From: Camelus ferus
Taxonomy: Eukaryota
Length of the DNA: 64,000 nucleotides
Direction: 5' to 3'
Assembly (NCBI RefSeq): GCF_009834535.1
Contig: NC_045697.1
Location: forward strand, 15,440,001 to 15,504,000
Shown: piece by piece, positions 38,401 to 52,590 of the stretch
Layout of the letters: each line of letters opens with the position of its first letter
Numbering within the stretch: position 1 is the first letter of the stretch
The notes under the pieces: model-generated
Told to the model about the DNA's origin: nothing
What the model saw: only the letters and a program-made list of their open reading frames with translations
Database searches by the model: none
Position numbers and translations under genes: made by a program

Positions 38401-41049
38401 ACTTTTTAAGTTTTTTCTCATATTTTTTATTGGTAATGGTGTTTATTATTGCTTTAGGGGTTACAATAGGCATCCTTAATTTATCAGAGTCTGTCATAGA
38501 GTAATGTTTTGAAAGCATGTTATGTTACTTCATGTATAATGTAAGATTCTTATAAATATATCTCCTTTTACTCACCTCCCTTTCTTGGTCCATTATCATG
38601 AGTTTTACTTCTATGTATGCCATAATATCCATAATCTATTATAATTAATTTGCTCTAAATAATAAAGTGGCTCTTAAATTAAGAGAAGAAAAAAAGACAG
38701 TCTGATATATTTATCCACATATTTGCTATTTCTGGTGGTATTTCCTTTATGTCTGTATTTCCATCTGGTATCATTTCTCTTTAGTGCAAAAAATTCATTT
38801 GATAGTATCTGTTAGCCTGTGTTGATGAAACTGTTCCAGTTGTGTTCATTTGAAAATGTTTTTATATCACCCTATTTTTTCCTTTATTACCACCTTTTCT
38901 TTTAGTTAATTGTCTATTTACTATTATAAACAGCAATATCTTTGAACATTTCATCTTTATGTAGTTGCAAGATGTACCCATAATAAAACTCCTAAAATTA
39001 AACATTTGAAGGGACAGGTATGCACATTTTTTATCTTTTAATACATACTAAATGGTGAAATTTCCCCTAGAATGGTTATATCAATTTGCATTTCCACCAG
39101 CAGCCTATAAGAATAACAGGTTTTCTATTCTTGGAGCTTATAGCATAATTATTGAAATCTTGGTTTCCTCATTAGTTCTTCCTCTATTATTGTTGGGGCC
39201 ACCTACAGATTCTTCTTTCCCAATTCCCAAGAAAAGTCCAGACTGTAGGTGGAGACTTCGAGGATTCTTTCAGAGCATCGCTCTTGATCCATGAGATAGA
39301 TAACCTTTCCTGCCAAGCCAGCTCTATCTTACACGCTATATGTGCCTGACCTCTGACTCTATATGTGCCGTCGGTCCCTGTTCTGATAAATTGCTTGGGA
39401 TGTCAGTTTCCTACAAAATGAGACTCTTAACTTACCGTTAAAACTTTTCCCTCCTAGGAATTGAAGACTTGCCTGTGGCCCATTCCTATGTCTGGATCCA
39501 CCCTGAACTGTGGACAAAAATCTTCTAATGCCAGTTGCTTCTCTGTACTTCTCAAAGTCACCCATCCTGAAATCAATGCCACTATTTGCCTTTTACTCAT
39601 AATTAGGCTCCCTACAGACCACCTCCAAGTACTGTGATTACATTCACATTTAAAAAAATGTTTTTATATCATAAAAATCTTCATAGCAATATTCAAAATT
39701 CATTTTTACAACTTCAGTCACACCAGAGACATTCATACATATTGAACACAGAATAAAGATTTACAAGACAGAATAGCCTTAATTTCAACACAGTTTGAAA
39801 TTCTTTGTTGTTGCAATGAGGACTATCTTTGCTGGCTAAAGGTGAGCTATCAGAAAAAGAAAGTCGCTTTTATTGAACTCACGTTTTATAAAAACCTAAA
39901 CTATCTCCTCCGTATTTAAAAAAAAAATCCTTCAATGGGAACAGATTCAAAAGAGGTTATATTTGGCTTGGTTGTGCATATATTGTGAATAAAAGCATAT
40001 ATCTGCATTTTATTTTCTAACTTAAATGGTACAGCATTTATATTACATCATAAATCAGTGAAGACTTGTACCTTTATTAGGTCTGCCCATTAACAAAGTT
40101 TTCTGTGGAACACAGCTACATACATGGTGTATACGTCATCAGTCCTTAAGACGTCCACAAAGAAGATCAGTTGTATGTACCTACATAAATATGAGCTAAC
40201 ACTACACAGCATTCTTATCTTAGGGTTTAAACATCTTTTTGTGATTTGCAGACCCTAATCCGGGTTTTCTCTTATACCCATATCTTGCCCCAGAGCCATA
40301 TGGAAGATGGGAAAAAGTAAGGAATAACGGAAAAACACAACATATTGACATATTGTGTATTTTAGTGCCATCACCACCACAGTCACACATATACATGCCA
40401 AACACCAACAAGCAGGTTCCTCATAAATTTGTTCTTATCACTGGCAACAGGCATAAAATGTGCATTCACAGGATGGAGGCATGCCATCACTTCCTCCAGT
40501 ACTGTCTGGCGACCTTCTTTAGCCAGACAAGAGAATATGGTACAGAAATCTCAAGTTAGGAGTATGTTGATTTTCTTGCCGGCTTGCCACCAGTGGCAAC
40601 CCGAAATGTCAGGTAGACACCTCTATGGATCCTACTGGCCAGGGAACATGAAAATGTACGCTGTTTGTGTAATCCCCTCAACTTCTACCACGTATCCTCA
40701 CCTTTCTTTCAAGGGTCACCTCAAATGTTGCTTCCTCCATAAAAACATTTCCTGATCTCCCAGAGCAAATGTGAGGGCTCTGATGGTGCTTTATTCAAAT
40801 TGTAATGTAAATCAGAGTTGATGTGGAGGAGGACTTGGAAAGATTTACGGAATTAGAGAGAAAGTGCACCTTACCCAGAGGAAGTCAGGGAAGATTTTCT
40901 GGGTCGCTGGTGTCTAGATTAACACTTCAGATGAAAAGAGTTAAGGAGACTGACAAGTTATCTCTTAACATCACTTAATTTCTCAAATGAGTGCTTAATA
41001 TGTACCAAACCCTGTGCTCAGAACTTTCAATGCTTTAACATGCTTTTCT

Positions 41050-41945
41050 TTTACTCAGGATAAAAGCTATGGATTGTCCTTAACTTGTGTTTTTCTCTCA
41101 CACTCCACTGATGAGCCATCAGGAAATCTTGTTGACTCTTTTGTTAAAATAAATCCAGATTCCCACCCCTTTCCACCACCTGCTCTACTACCATCCCAGC
41201 TCTAACACCATGTTCCCTGGACTGAAGGACGGTGACAGCCCCCTAATCCATCTCCCTCTCACCCTGGCTCCTGCTTCTCCCGACTTTTACTGCTGTACTT
41301 CACCCTTAAGTCAGATGATGTCACTCCTCACTGAAACTCTACAGTGTCCCACACGCCAACCCTCAGAAGAAAGCCCAAATCCCTACTGTGGCTGAAAGAC
41401 TTTTCTACAATCCGATCTTTCCCATTCGTTCCCTACCTGATCTCATTTCCTAAGACTCTTTTCGTTACTCTGCTGCCCCAGTCACACTGGCCTTCTTGCT
41501 CTTTCTGCATCATGCCAGGCCTGCTCCTGCCTCAGGGCTTTGTATTGGTTGTTTTTGGTTCCTGAACTGCTCTTTCCAAAATATACACTGGCAGTCTTCC
41601 TCACCTCCTTTGCTCAAGTGGAACTTTGTCTGTGAAGCTTGCCCTGACTACCATATTTAAAAGTGTAGCCCATTCCCCACTCCCTAGTCCCAAATTCCCT
41701 CTGCCCTGCTCTCCTTTTCTCGTGTCCTCCAACCTCCCGTATCATTCATCAATGTATCATGCATTCCATAATTCATTTCCTCATTACAGTGATTATTTAT
41801 TTTCAATCTTCTTCCCCGGGGAACTGAGCTATGGGAGGGCATATATCTTGGTGTATTTTGTTCACCAATATATACCAAGCATCTACTACAGTCCTTAGCA
41901 CACAGTTGGCATGCAACAAATATTTTTTCACTGAATAAATTAAAC
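41050..41945 (+). mobile_element. L2 (LINE-2) 3' fragment
   Basis: cacactggccttcttgct...ctcctgcctcagggctttg...tttgttcacc...agcacacagttggcatgcaacaaatatttt...tgaataaat. Confidence 0.85.
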
Positions 41946-43604
41946 GATTGAATCATTTCAATAAGCATATGAAGTAGGAACTCTCTCACACTATCCTAAA
42001 AGGATAATTAACTATATTATCCACTTACAGCCAGTTAGGGGCAAAGTAGAGATTCAAAAACAGTTACAGTCCAGAGGTCAGACCCTGAGTACTGGCTCCC
42101 AGGCTGTTATTCGTCCTTAGCGCTATCCTGTGGTCCCTTTAGGACATGAATGGTATGTTTTCTACATGTCCTGAAACTGCCTCAGTGAAACACACAGTAC
42201 TTTCCACACAGTAGATGCTCAAGAAACATTTACCTACTTGTGTTCAGCCAGCTGTTTCCAAGCAACATGACCTTGACTGCTCCCGTGTCTTCCTGCACTG
42301 GCTCTTCTAACAGTTGCCCTCAGAAGATATCATACCAACCTAGGAGTTATAGAAATGATGTAACCCGAGGCCCGGAGAGGTGCAGTAGCCTCCCCAAGAC
42401 TATGCAGCTACTTAGAGAAAAAGTCAAGCCTGGGACCCAAATCTTCAGACTCTGCAGTCATTTCTCCTTTTGTGATTTTAATTTTTAAATACAGACATGT
42501 CTACCCCCTTCAAGTGCAAGTTCACGAAGGCAGGGACTACTTGTCTCTTCCGTGTGCCCTGTAATGGATTCCCTATGGTAGGGACACCAAGGGTATTCAA
42601 TAAACACTGGCCTATTTCCAAGGCCCAAGCGGGACTGGCACAAACAGTAGAACCAACACAGTTTACCTGGAAGTCAGGCAGGGGTAATGAGGGGAAGTCA
42701 AAAATTAAACAGCCTCAAGAAAACAGCTAGTAAGCAATCAACTTCACCTTTAAAAGTGATCACAGCTGTGGAGATGGAGTTGGGAATTAAACAGAATTTG
42801 GAAGATTTTTCAATCAATATTCTCCACGATTTTCATTTTAATTTAAAGGGGGAAAAAAAACCAGCAAGCCCTTGAGCAAGACTGATAGACTGCTACTTGA
42901 TCAATTCTTTCCTTGTCCTGGTTGTAAAAACAAAACCATACATTATCCTAATTCTTATTTTGGCTAAATGATTTTCAGCAGCATGGGTGGATGGTGACAG
43001 CCCAAGTAATTGTGGATTCATCATTTCACACAGCCTAGACTCTCAGTGCTGGAGCTGTTCTTCCTTCTGGGGCATTGTCAAAAAACTCTGGCCCTCCCAG
43101 AGTCAAACTGAAAAACCTGTTAAATAATTTAAATTTTTCATTTGTGTTCAAATAACTTTCCCTCCATTTCTGCAAACAGCTTGAGAATAATAGCATCAAT
43201 TCTCATGATTGATAAGCCATGGCCCAATACTCTCCTCAGAGCTTAATTTTTCTTTCTAATGAATGGCTTCTGACTCCTGCAAAACTACTAAGTGTGCTTT
43301 GGGCATACGTTCATCTCAAAGGCCTTTTGGACAGTGCCAGTAACTGTAAGCAGATACTCCTCGCCTAATAAGAAAATGCTACACAACTTTGTAGTATGAG
43401 TAACTAAATTAAATCTAAAAAGAGGGAATGTAGGAAAAAGGCATTAAAAGAGAAGTGAACAGAGCCTGGCCCCATTTCAGGCCTGCCATTCCTTTGAGCT
43501 GGCATATTTTTGCAAGAGGGGGTCTTTTTGTGTGCGTGTGTAAATTGAAGACATGCGTGACCTTGAAATGCCAAGGACTTCTGTTTTTGATTGAAACTCA
43601 TATG

Positions 43605-44055
43605 AAAGTTTGGGTTTGGATCACACAGAGGCTCCATATGCTTCTTTCCCGCATTTAAATTGAAATCTCTCTCATTCTCTCCTTCCCTCCCATTCTCCCT
43701 CCCTCTCTCAGAACAAGATTTTAAGGAACTGGTTCATGCGGTTTATGTGGGCAGGCAGGATCAAAAACCACAGGGCAGGCTGGCAGACTGGAAACTCTTT
43801 GGGTGGGAAGCTGGAACTAGGAGCTCATATTCCATTCCTAGGTAATATTTCTCCCTCAGGGAAATCTCAAGTTCGCTCTTAAAGTCTTTCAAGTGATTGA
43901 ATGAGGAGCACTCACATTATTGAGACTTAACTCCTTTACTTCAATTCAGCTGACTATAGATGTGAACCACATCCACAAAGCACCTCCAGGGCAACACCCA
44001 GATGCATGTTCAGTGAAGTAACTGAGGATGACAGCCGAACTAAGGTGACATATCA
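43605..44055 (-). mobile_element. ERVL LTR, MLT2-like
   Basis: tttaaggaactggttcatgc...agggcaggctggcagactggaaactc...tgattgaatgagg...ctgactatagatgtgaaccacatccacaaagcacctcc...ggtgacata. Confidence 0.8.
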
Positions 44056-44059
44056 GAGG

Positions 44060-44360
44060 AAGCATCCCTGGGAGCTTACAGTTTAGTGAAAGAGACAGAC
44101 ATTGAACAGGTAACTACACGTTGTGTAAATCACAACTCTATGATGACTACAGAGGAGTTAGACTAGTCCAGGGATCAAAAAGTCTTCCCTGCAGAGGTAA
44201 CATTCAAGCAGAGACCTAATAAGTGAACAGGAGGTCGGCCAGAAGGAAAGGAACTGTATTTCAGGCATTTTGTTAGGGCTTATTCAAAAGCCCTGAGTCG
44301 AGAATGAACTTGGTACATTTGAGAAATGGAAACAGGGTCAGGGCAGCTGGAGTCTAATGA
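44060..44360 (-). mobile_element. L2 fragment
   Basis: ggagcttacagtttagtg...cttccctgcagaggtaacattcaagcagagacct...caaaagccctgag...cagctggag. Confidence 0.65.
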
Positions 44361-47300
44361 GCTTTGCACCCAAATGTCCTTAGTGGACAAAGCAGACTTG
44401 CTGGACAGAAATAAAAGCTTTGGTTTCTGTTGGATTCAGGTACCTAGTCTAGATGTGCTTAAGATATCTTTGGGAGAAACAGAATTTTTCTTATTCTATT
44501 AATCCTATAAAATCTTCTCATGGTCCTAATGCATGTAGAATGAAATGTTTGTCCTCTGAAAAATTTTAGGATCAAGTACTGCCTTGCTGTTTTGATAGCA
44601 ATTCCTACCACTTTTCTTCCCAAATACCAAACTCCCATCATGCCTTTAGTTCTCAGACTTCCCAGTGCTAGTTTGGGCTCAGGGTCTTTGAACTTGCGCT
44701 GTCTTCTGCTGTCATCACCATTCCCCAAGATTTCACAGAGCAGGCTCCTTCTGAGCTTTCAGATTTCAGCTCAGAATAGCACCCCTCTCTGACCCATTTT
44801 TGTCATCAGCATCGTACTCTGTCCCATCTGTTTGTTTCCTTACTCTCTCCATTCACTTGCATGAAAAGTTCACAAGAGCAGAGATTTTGTTTGTAAGCAT
44901 TTAATATGTATTTTTGAAAATATGGATTTACTACTTCTGATAAATAATCTTTGAACTTAACTTTATTCATCTCTAGGATGAGACTAGTATTGCATATCTG
45001 GTCTGTCCACAGGACCACCAGACTATGCAATGGGACATGTATTTAACACACTTGTAAACTGTGGAGGGCTGCAAAGTGATTCTCTTACATACAACCAAAG
45101 ACTAAATGTTTTGTGGTTGCCTTCAAAGTATTTTTGCATTCTTGTTTTTTGCTTGGCTTCTTTGTCAACAAACCCATGTCTCTAAAATTTAAATAAAAAA
45201 AAAAAGCTAGAAGGGACATGATTTAAACAATGTCTCAGAGAAACTATTACAAGGTAATGAGATATGAGGAAAAACTATTCTAAGACTGTCTGATTATATA
45301 GTAGCAGAACCATTCTAGAATTGTGCCCATTTTCCAGTTAGGGAAGAAATGTCATAAGCCTACAGCCTGGTGAATGAGTAAGAACACAAATTGTAGAGTG
45401 AGATGAATGATGACCCAGTCTTAGTAAATTGCTCAATTTTTATAAAACAGATGGATAAATATGCATAGCCAAAAAGGCTGTCATGAGGATTAACTAGGAT
45501 ATATAAAAGCACATATTACTGAGCTGGCCCATAGTAGGTGCTAAACATTATTATTATTATTAATTACTGTTACTGCCACAATAGCATTCAAAGGGTGAGC
45601 ATAGCATTTTACACCATGCCATCCATATCGACAGTCTGTGGATGATCAATTTTGGTGACATTCAAAGAGGTCTGGGAAGGGACCACTGAGTTACAGGCAT
45701 CGACATAATGAGGCTTGAGTAATGACTTTTAGTCTCCAAATAAAAGCATCTCAGAAGCCTCCAGCCTCAGTAGTTCTAGGCAATAGCTCCAGAACTCAGG
45801 ATTCCTCTACGTTTCTCGAAGCTGTTTTCATCTCAGTAGAGAAGTCACAGGCAAAGACAAATGCGGAGCTCAAGCAGAGAGTTGTCCAGCCAAGAATGAT
45901 GATACTACCAGCTTTGAAAAGAAGTCAGTTCTTCCTGTTTCTTGTAGATGTCACAGCCCACCTGATGGGTGTCCCTACGGCTGCTGTAACAAGTAGCACA
46001 GTACTTTCAGGGCATTTTCTTTCACTCAATTAGAAAGCTGATTCCTTGGCTCCCTCCTCCTTACTGATTTGCTTTCTGTGCTCCTTTCGAAATCTGCCTC
46101 TTAAAAAAGTCTAGTCTACATGCAAGACCACAGAACCAGGGCACTTGGAAAGAGAGAGGAGTGTTGGCTTGGTCCCCTCACCTTCCTCAGAGCCTCACTT
46201 TGGTGCGTCCTCAGGAGGTCAGCCCAACCTCTCTTCTACCTACTCTTAGAACTGATTGTTGCCAGTCAAAAACAGAGAAACCACTGCCTTGTAATTCTGC
46301 AACAACTGTCTTATTTATTTGTGTGAGTAATTGGCTGCTTATATACCATAAATTCAAAGTGCTCATTAAAAAAAATAAGGCGATGCTCCTTTTAGTAAAA
46401 AGCTAGGGCATCTTGTTAAACGTCAGAGATGTTTGGGAAGGCCAGATTTAGTGAAACTGAGTTCAGCTGAGGGCTTTCTAGATGCTGGAAGCATTCTAAG
46501 AGCTGAGGATATAATAAAACATGACATAGTTCTTGCTCTTAAAAAAAACCCTGCCTTTTAGGGATGATAGACTATAAAACAGGCAATTTCTTTATAGCAT
46601 GAATAGTTAGAACACTGGGTGATGGGATCAAAAAGTCTAGGCGCCCTAACCTAGATCAGAGGCTGGGGTGGGGAGGACTATGATGGCTTCCTGGAGGAGT
46701 GAGGAAACCCAACCCAGGATGTAGAAATGCTTCTCAATATACAATGCCTGAGGGTGGCCTGTGGGAATAAGATGAGGAGCCAGAGACAAGAATGCAGAAT
46801 CAGACACAATATCTGAGTCACTAGGTCACGTGGAGAAAGGTAGGAGCTTAAGCCAGGCTCACTTAGAGACGAGGCGATTCCTCATTGGTTTTCCCATCTC
46901 TGTTCTGATTTTGAGTAAAGCATGATCAAAAGGGGACTGACAGGAAGACAGTGCAAGGGAAGTCCTATGACCAAGATGGCAGAGTCAGCACTTAATGAAA
47001 TCCAGCACCTGCAGGAACAGACAGACAGATTTTGCGAAGACGTCAGCAGAATTACTGAAAGCCTGGAACAAACCATGTTCCCAAGACTCAAAGAGCCAGA
47101 GAAAGTGCTCAAGGCCATGTGTGACCAAAGCTCCAAGCACCTGCCGGGGCTCTTTAAATCACAGTGTGTGTCTGACTCAGAAGATATGAAGACGGGGAAG
47201 ATGTTTTTCAGGCTTTACTTAAAAAAGAAACTGAATAGCAGAAAGGAGTTTGGACATACTGCTAAGCTGAATATCCCTTCTTTCTTGCTTTAAATTAGTA

Positions 47301-47613
47301 TTTTATTATATATTACATTATTTCCTTTACCAGAATATGCTGGTAAGTGTTTATAAACTGGTTTCAATGACAAATACTTTGTTTAGAAAAGTGCACGTGG
47401 TCATGGGAGGATCTCCACTGGATCCGTGCCTCTAGGGACCTGCCCTCTGAGATGCTCAGAGGATCCCTAACCATTTAGTTATCAATTCTCTGACCTGCAG
47501 AGGTGAGATCACCTAGGTGCTTTCTAGGCTGTGAAGATAAAGCAATTTCATGAGGGCAAATGCCACTGGGAATCTTCAGTCTACAGAAAGAAGAGATAAA
47601 ATACTGAAGAAAA

Positions 47614-47616
<3 letters not shown>

Positions 47617-47664
<48 letters not shown>

Positions 47665-47757
47665 TATATACACACACACATAAATATATATACACACACA
47701 CACATATACACATATATATATACACACACACATACACATACATATACCTGTGTATAC
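47617..47757. repeat. Compound (TA)17-(CA)n/(TA)n microsatellite
   Basis: Read directly; it explains the five low-complexity ORFs at 47475-47826. Confidence 0.97.
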
Positions 47758-49441
47758 AAACACAGACACAAAGATACAATTTTCTGTACCAGTTGGAATA
47801 TTTTCACTCTAAAAACCTTTAGCTAAAGGGAAAAAGACATAGTTCTTTGTGTAGGTCTCTCTTTTATGGGGATGGTAATTAATTAGTCAGAAATTAAAAA
47901 TTTAAATTCTAAAAATGTCCCCAATTTTTTTTTTTTAACCTCTGAATCGCTCGACTGATTCTTAAGAGATTCTGGATTCATTTCTAGTCCAGGCAACTCC
48001 TTTGGAAGTAGAAAAATCAATTAACTTGGATTTTTTTCCCCTAGGCATTTTTGGCATTATTCTTTTCTTTTGTTTTCGTATTATATGGTGATGGTATTTG
48101 GGGGCACAGAAAGGAGCTGCTGTAATTACAACAACGACCTGGCAAATAGCTAAAGAGCTACAACAGCCCGGCCTGCCATCTGATACAAAAGTAACCACAC
48201 CACTATCAATCTTTCCTCCAGGAAAAAAAAAAATTGTGAATATTACATTTGTCATATCATTGCCTCTAAAATTTTAAGAAATTAAAAAGATTTAACTACA
48301 AAGGGTCTTAATTCCTTCTTAGTTCCTCCTGCTTGTTAAGTTTCAGTGTTATCTTACTTCTCCCCTGTTCCCCATATGTACTCTTATATGAGCCTCTTAA
48401 TAACACAGTTTGATGTTCAACAATTGAATAAAATATGAGTGGGAATTCTTATTAACATCCAACATTCATTTACAGAGTCTGCTTTCCATTATCTCACTAG
48501 TGCCCTCATGTACAGAGTTGATAATGTAGTACAAAATCTGCAATTATAAGTGCCCGTGATGAACACTACATTGCAAACTCAATAAGATATTACTGGGGAA
48601 ATTTGCTTATGGCAATCTGACCAATCACGGTTTCTGTCTTCAAAATGTGTAAAGAATATAGTTTTTAAAATCTGATTTTCCATTTTTTTGAGACATAAAC
48701 CCACACCTGCCCCTCCCACCTGCTTTTAGAAACTGCTTTGTGGTTCCAAGGCAAGAAGCTTATTACCAAGTCTTACATCCTCAGAGCATCATAGCTTTAC
48801 CCACTAGAGTTGAGAACAGCAATTTGAACTCCATTCCAATTGAATATGCTACCCCTAATTAGAGCTAAATTACTTAAAACTCTATAAAGAATGCCCCTAA
48901 TCTGATATAATGGTAGAAGAAAACTTTTTAATGGTGGTCAAACTCCGGTTTTAAGTTCTTCCTTCCACTGGAAGGACGAATCAGCATGAAGATCAGTTTA
49001 GAATCAAGGGAGAGGAAGAAATCTAGAAAAATGAGGACCTGTCTATTCTCTTGTGCTCTCAAGAGCTGCCTGCTGGCTAAACCATCATGCTTCAACCATT
49101 ATTCTCTGTAGAAGAAGATTGACGAGGTAGTCAACTGAGTAAGTGTCTCCTATAGAATTCATGGTTATCAAGAAATGTCAGCCTAAATACCAGGCTCAAG
49201 TTATTATGGTAGATAAGCAACATTCTGTGCAGATTTCCCTACAACAAAAGAAACAGTGATCACACACACTCTCTTTTATTTAACTCAGCAGACATTTATG
49301 GAGCACGTACTCTGTGCTAGATTCAATGGGAAACAGAAGAAGGAAACCTGCATTCATGGTTCCTACCACTGAACAGCCTGCCTACCACCTTGAACACTTA
49401 ACATTTAGAAGAAAACTGAAAAGCTTAATAGATCCTACATG

Positions 49442-49469
49442 CACACACACACACACACACACACACACA
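49442..49469. repeat. (CA)14 microsatellite
   Basis: Read directly from the sequence. Confidence 0.97.
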
Positions 49470-52384
49470 ATATACACAAAAACCCCACCTCTGTCATCTT
49501 TCTCAAACTTCAGCCAGGGATAAATAGTTTATATAAAATACTCTTTCTCAGCTTTTTTCTAGGATCTAGACACACGCCTGAGGTACATTTAAGCACCTGA
49601 ACACTTTCAGCATAAAGCAGTGACCAAAAGAAACAGGATTTGTTAAGTAGATCCTCAAGTAATAAACTCTCAGTGTTAGAATTTAGAAGTTAGTTAATAA
49701 CCATATATTTTAATAATATAGAAGGCAAGCCTTAGCCAAAATTAATCAGATCATCAGGACATTCAGAACTCCTACTTCTAGGCAAAATATATTCATCAGC
49801 TACTAGTTAATTAAATGGAAATCAAATGAAAATACACTTTGCTGCCAGAAGGCTGGAATCCTTGGCAGTGATTAACTGTACTGATCGAGGTACTTTTCAT
49901 TAGATCTTCCTGGGAAGGGATGATTACAAGCAGCTGATAGAGACAAACGAACTGACATGGGTGCATGTCCACGGCTAGAAGAAAAGCCAGCACCTCCTCC
50001 ATCCCCTAGGCTACTCTTGTCCTAAATCTCCAAGGCTCAAAGTATTTTTAGGTTCCTCTGGGTTCCTATTGCTCAAATGTCCCGTTTCCAGTGGTTTCTG
50101 AACCTCTACCTTGTACCACCTCCTCTGCAACTCCCATCCTTTTTATTTCCACCATTATCCTACCACTTTGCCCTACACTGGAAAACATAGATTCCTTCAG
50201 TTTCCTAAAATAAGCACTATTCCAGTACACCTGAGTGTAGCAAACTTTTGATTAAGTTTGGGGTAACACGAAGAGCTTAAAGCAAGACACAGTGACAGCA
50301 AATATAAGTTTGAATTCTAGACTTTACTTCCCTAAAATTTCCAATCCATTCCCAACATGGAGAAAAAAAAAATTGTGGGTCATGGCCATCTATAGAATCC
50401 TGCTTCCTGCCAAAACTTCTCAAGCTCCTCTCCTGATTCGGTCTCTCTCCTCTCCTTCACTCTTTCCAAGCCCTTATTCTACACCCCCACAACCTACAAT
50501 AGAGCTGTTGTGAGTAATAACAAATTTCCTGAGACTTGGTTTTGCAGAGCGTAACTTTCAGAACACACACAAGGGGAGGGACATTATCAAAAATCACCCT
50601 TATGGTATGTGTTCTAACAAAAGAAATGTTGTCTTGCCTAACAGGGATTTTGCCTTCCTTCAAGATCAAGAGACTCGTATCACTGCCTCCTTTTCAAAAT
50701 AATATATTTTCTCTCCTTTTTTCATCCATCCACTCTTTAGTTATTCAGTACCTCCTATGTAGCCCACTATGCTAGGCTTTGGGAAAAGAGAAATTATCAA
50801 AAATAAATGATTCAGTAAAATATTATCAGATCGAATACTTAAATATTTTTGCTTATCTCTACAACGGTTATGAATATCCCAATGAATGGCTCAATTAATT
50901 TAGAGTCTTCTTACTTTGGCTAACGACTAGCTGAAAACGGGTTTGAATTTATTTAACTGGTTCATTTTCAAAACTATGAATCCTTTGCTTTCAACTGGCT
51001 TTTTTTTAAACCTCTTGACACACTAGGCACAGCTTTAAAAATCTGAAAAATATTATCCCATCATAATACATGCTCATGGGTAGGAAACCACACAAACCTA
51101 CTTCTTAAATTCAGCACCATTAGCACAATAAAGCTCTCCGGCCATGCTCTTCCATTTTATAGAGAACTTTATTAGTCTCCATTCAAATGATCAAATTTTC
51201 AACTGTTCTGATAGGAGTTCCAAACTCCCTCACAGAGAGTAAGTACATGATAAGGAATCTAAAGAATTAATAGATTATGTTACTTCCGAGGAATTACATA
51301 TGCAGCACTGAAGTATTTCTACTTGAAGGTGTACGAGTGGGCTTTTGTTTGTTTTGGTAAATGTCTCCTGCCAAACGTGCCCTTTATATAATGATAAGAA
51401 CCTTGGTGGCTTCTTTGCAGGAAGAGCATAATAACTCTTTCAATTTAGTGTGTATGTTAGTCACGACCCAAGTGGGGGAAATGTGCTAGGTTTTGTGTCA
51501 GCTGAGTCAGAGAGAACACCACAGCCCAGGAAAATTACACTTTGTCATAATGATATCTGAACTGAAATTCCCAGGTGTCCACGCTAAGCTGAGTGAGTCA
51601 CTGCTTGGGCAGTGCACTCAGAAGGTCCTAGACACCCATCCCTAAGTGCAGTTTAAAACGTAGCTCATTTCCAGAAATGGGGGAGTTTTATGTCATTCTC
51701 TTATCTTCCATTTCTTTCTGTCACACGTCAGGTTAATCTCACAGAAGGGGCCCTCGCTCCCGGAATGATTTCATATATCGTTGTTCCAAGGAGAGCAGGA
51801 GAAAGAAAACCATTTGAATGTAAAATTCCTCTTTGGAAATGATTGTGAGAGGGGAAATGTATGTAATAACAAAAAGAAAGCCTTGGCTCAGACCCCTCAG
51901 AGCAGTAACTTTTTCTGACTCATTTTCCCTGATTGGCCTTCTCTCAAAGTGAAATCAAAAGTAGCGCACATTCAAGTTTAGCAACCCTCCAGGTTCCAAC
52001 GTGTTTCACTACGGGATTTTTGGAGCAGAGCTGGTCTTAGCAAATGGTAATGCAGGTGAAATTCAGTTTGATGTGGGTTCATCTCCCTGCTCCCAGTTTC
52101 CTCACCATCCTTTCCTCCTAAAACGCCCTTTCCTAAAAGCCTGCAAGAGCCAAGAGAAACCTACTGATGGATTTTTCAGACCCCTGACATTTTAAGATTC
52201 TGGGCCTTTCAAGGACCAGATACATACAGGTGCAACTACACAAAGGATAGCCACGTTTGGAAGAGTCAAATGTTTTCCCACCATTTCTTCCACTCTTTCC
52301 CTCGATCTTTGCCTTAATATATATTTCCTCTAGTTGAAATTTATAGTGTCTCTAAGTTGGACATAAGGATCTCACTTTTTCAGT

Positions 52385-52590
52385 GAGTGCCCACCATGCG
52401 CTAGATACGAAGTTTTCTACACAGTCTCACATTTCATCTTCACAGCAGCCCCACAAGGTAGGTATTGTCGTGCCTGTGTGACAAACACGGAAACTGAAGT
52501 TCAGAGAGATTAAGCAAACGACACAGGGAGCTAGGCAGGGCTGGTCCTGACTCAGTGGAAGCCTTTCTATCTCTAAAGCTCTGCTCTTTC
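52385..52590 (-). mobile_element. MIR SINE
   Basis: cttcacagcagccccacaaggtaggtatt...ggaaactgaagttcagagagattaagcaa. Confidence 0.75.

Larger units (their letters stand above)
32380..38900 (-). mobile_element. Ancient L1M-type LINE-1 (decayed ORF2 plus 3' UTR), interrupted by the young L1 at 33016-35118
   Basis: Minus-strand remnants match L1 ORF2: endonuclease start (ISIITLSINGVNTPTNWQRL, ~38290), KEKNNMIILINEGKLFQKF (~36700) and REKIKLSLSSNDMIFFHVENSKEST (~36400). The sequence is collinear across the young L1 TSD. 32400-33015 is typical of an L1M 3' end. Confidence 0.88.

Noticed and set aside
39876..40185. Possible minus-strand exons (13-nt GTTTTTATAAAAC before GTGAGT; ~109-nt segment at ~40072-40180)
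   Set aside because: The acceptor tracts are poor, all three frames of the longer segment contain stops, and no peptide is recognisable.
47475..47826. Five overlapping ORFs rich in Y/I/H/T/V/C
   Set aside because: They are translations of the (TA)n/(CA)n microsatellite.
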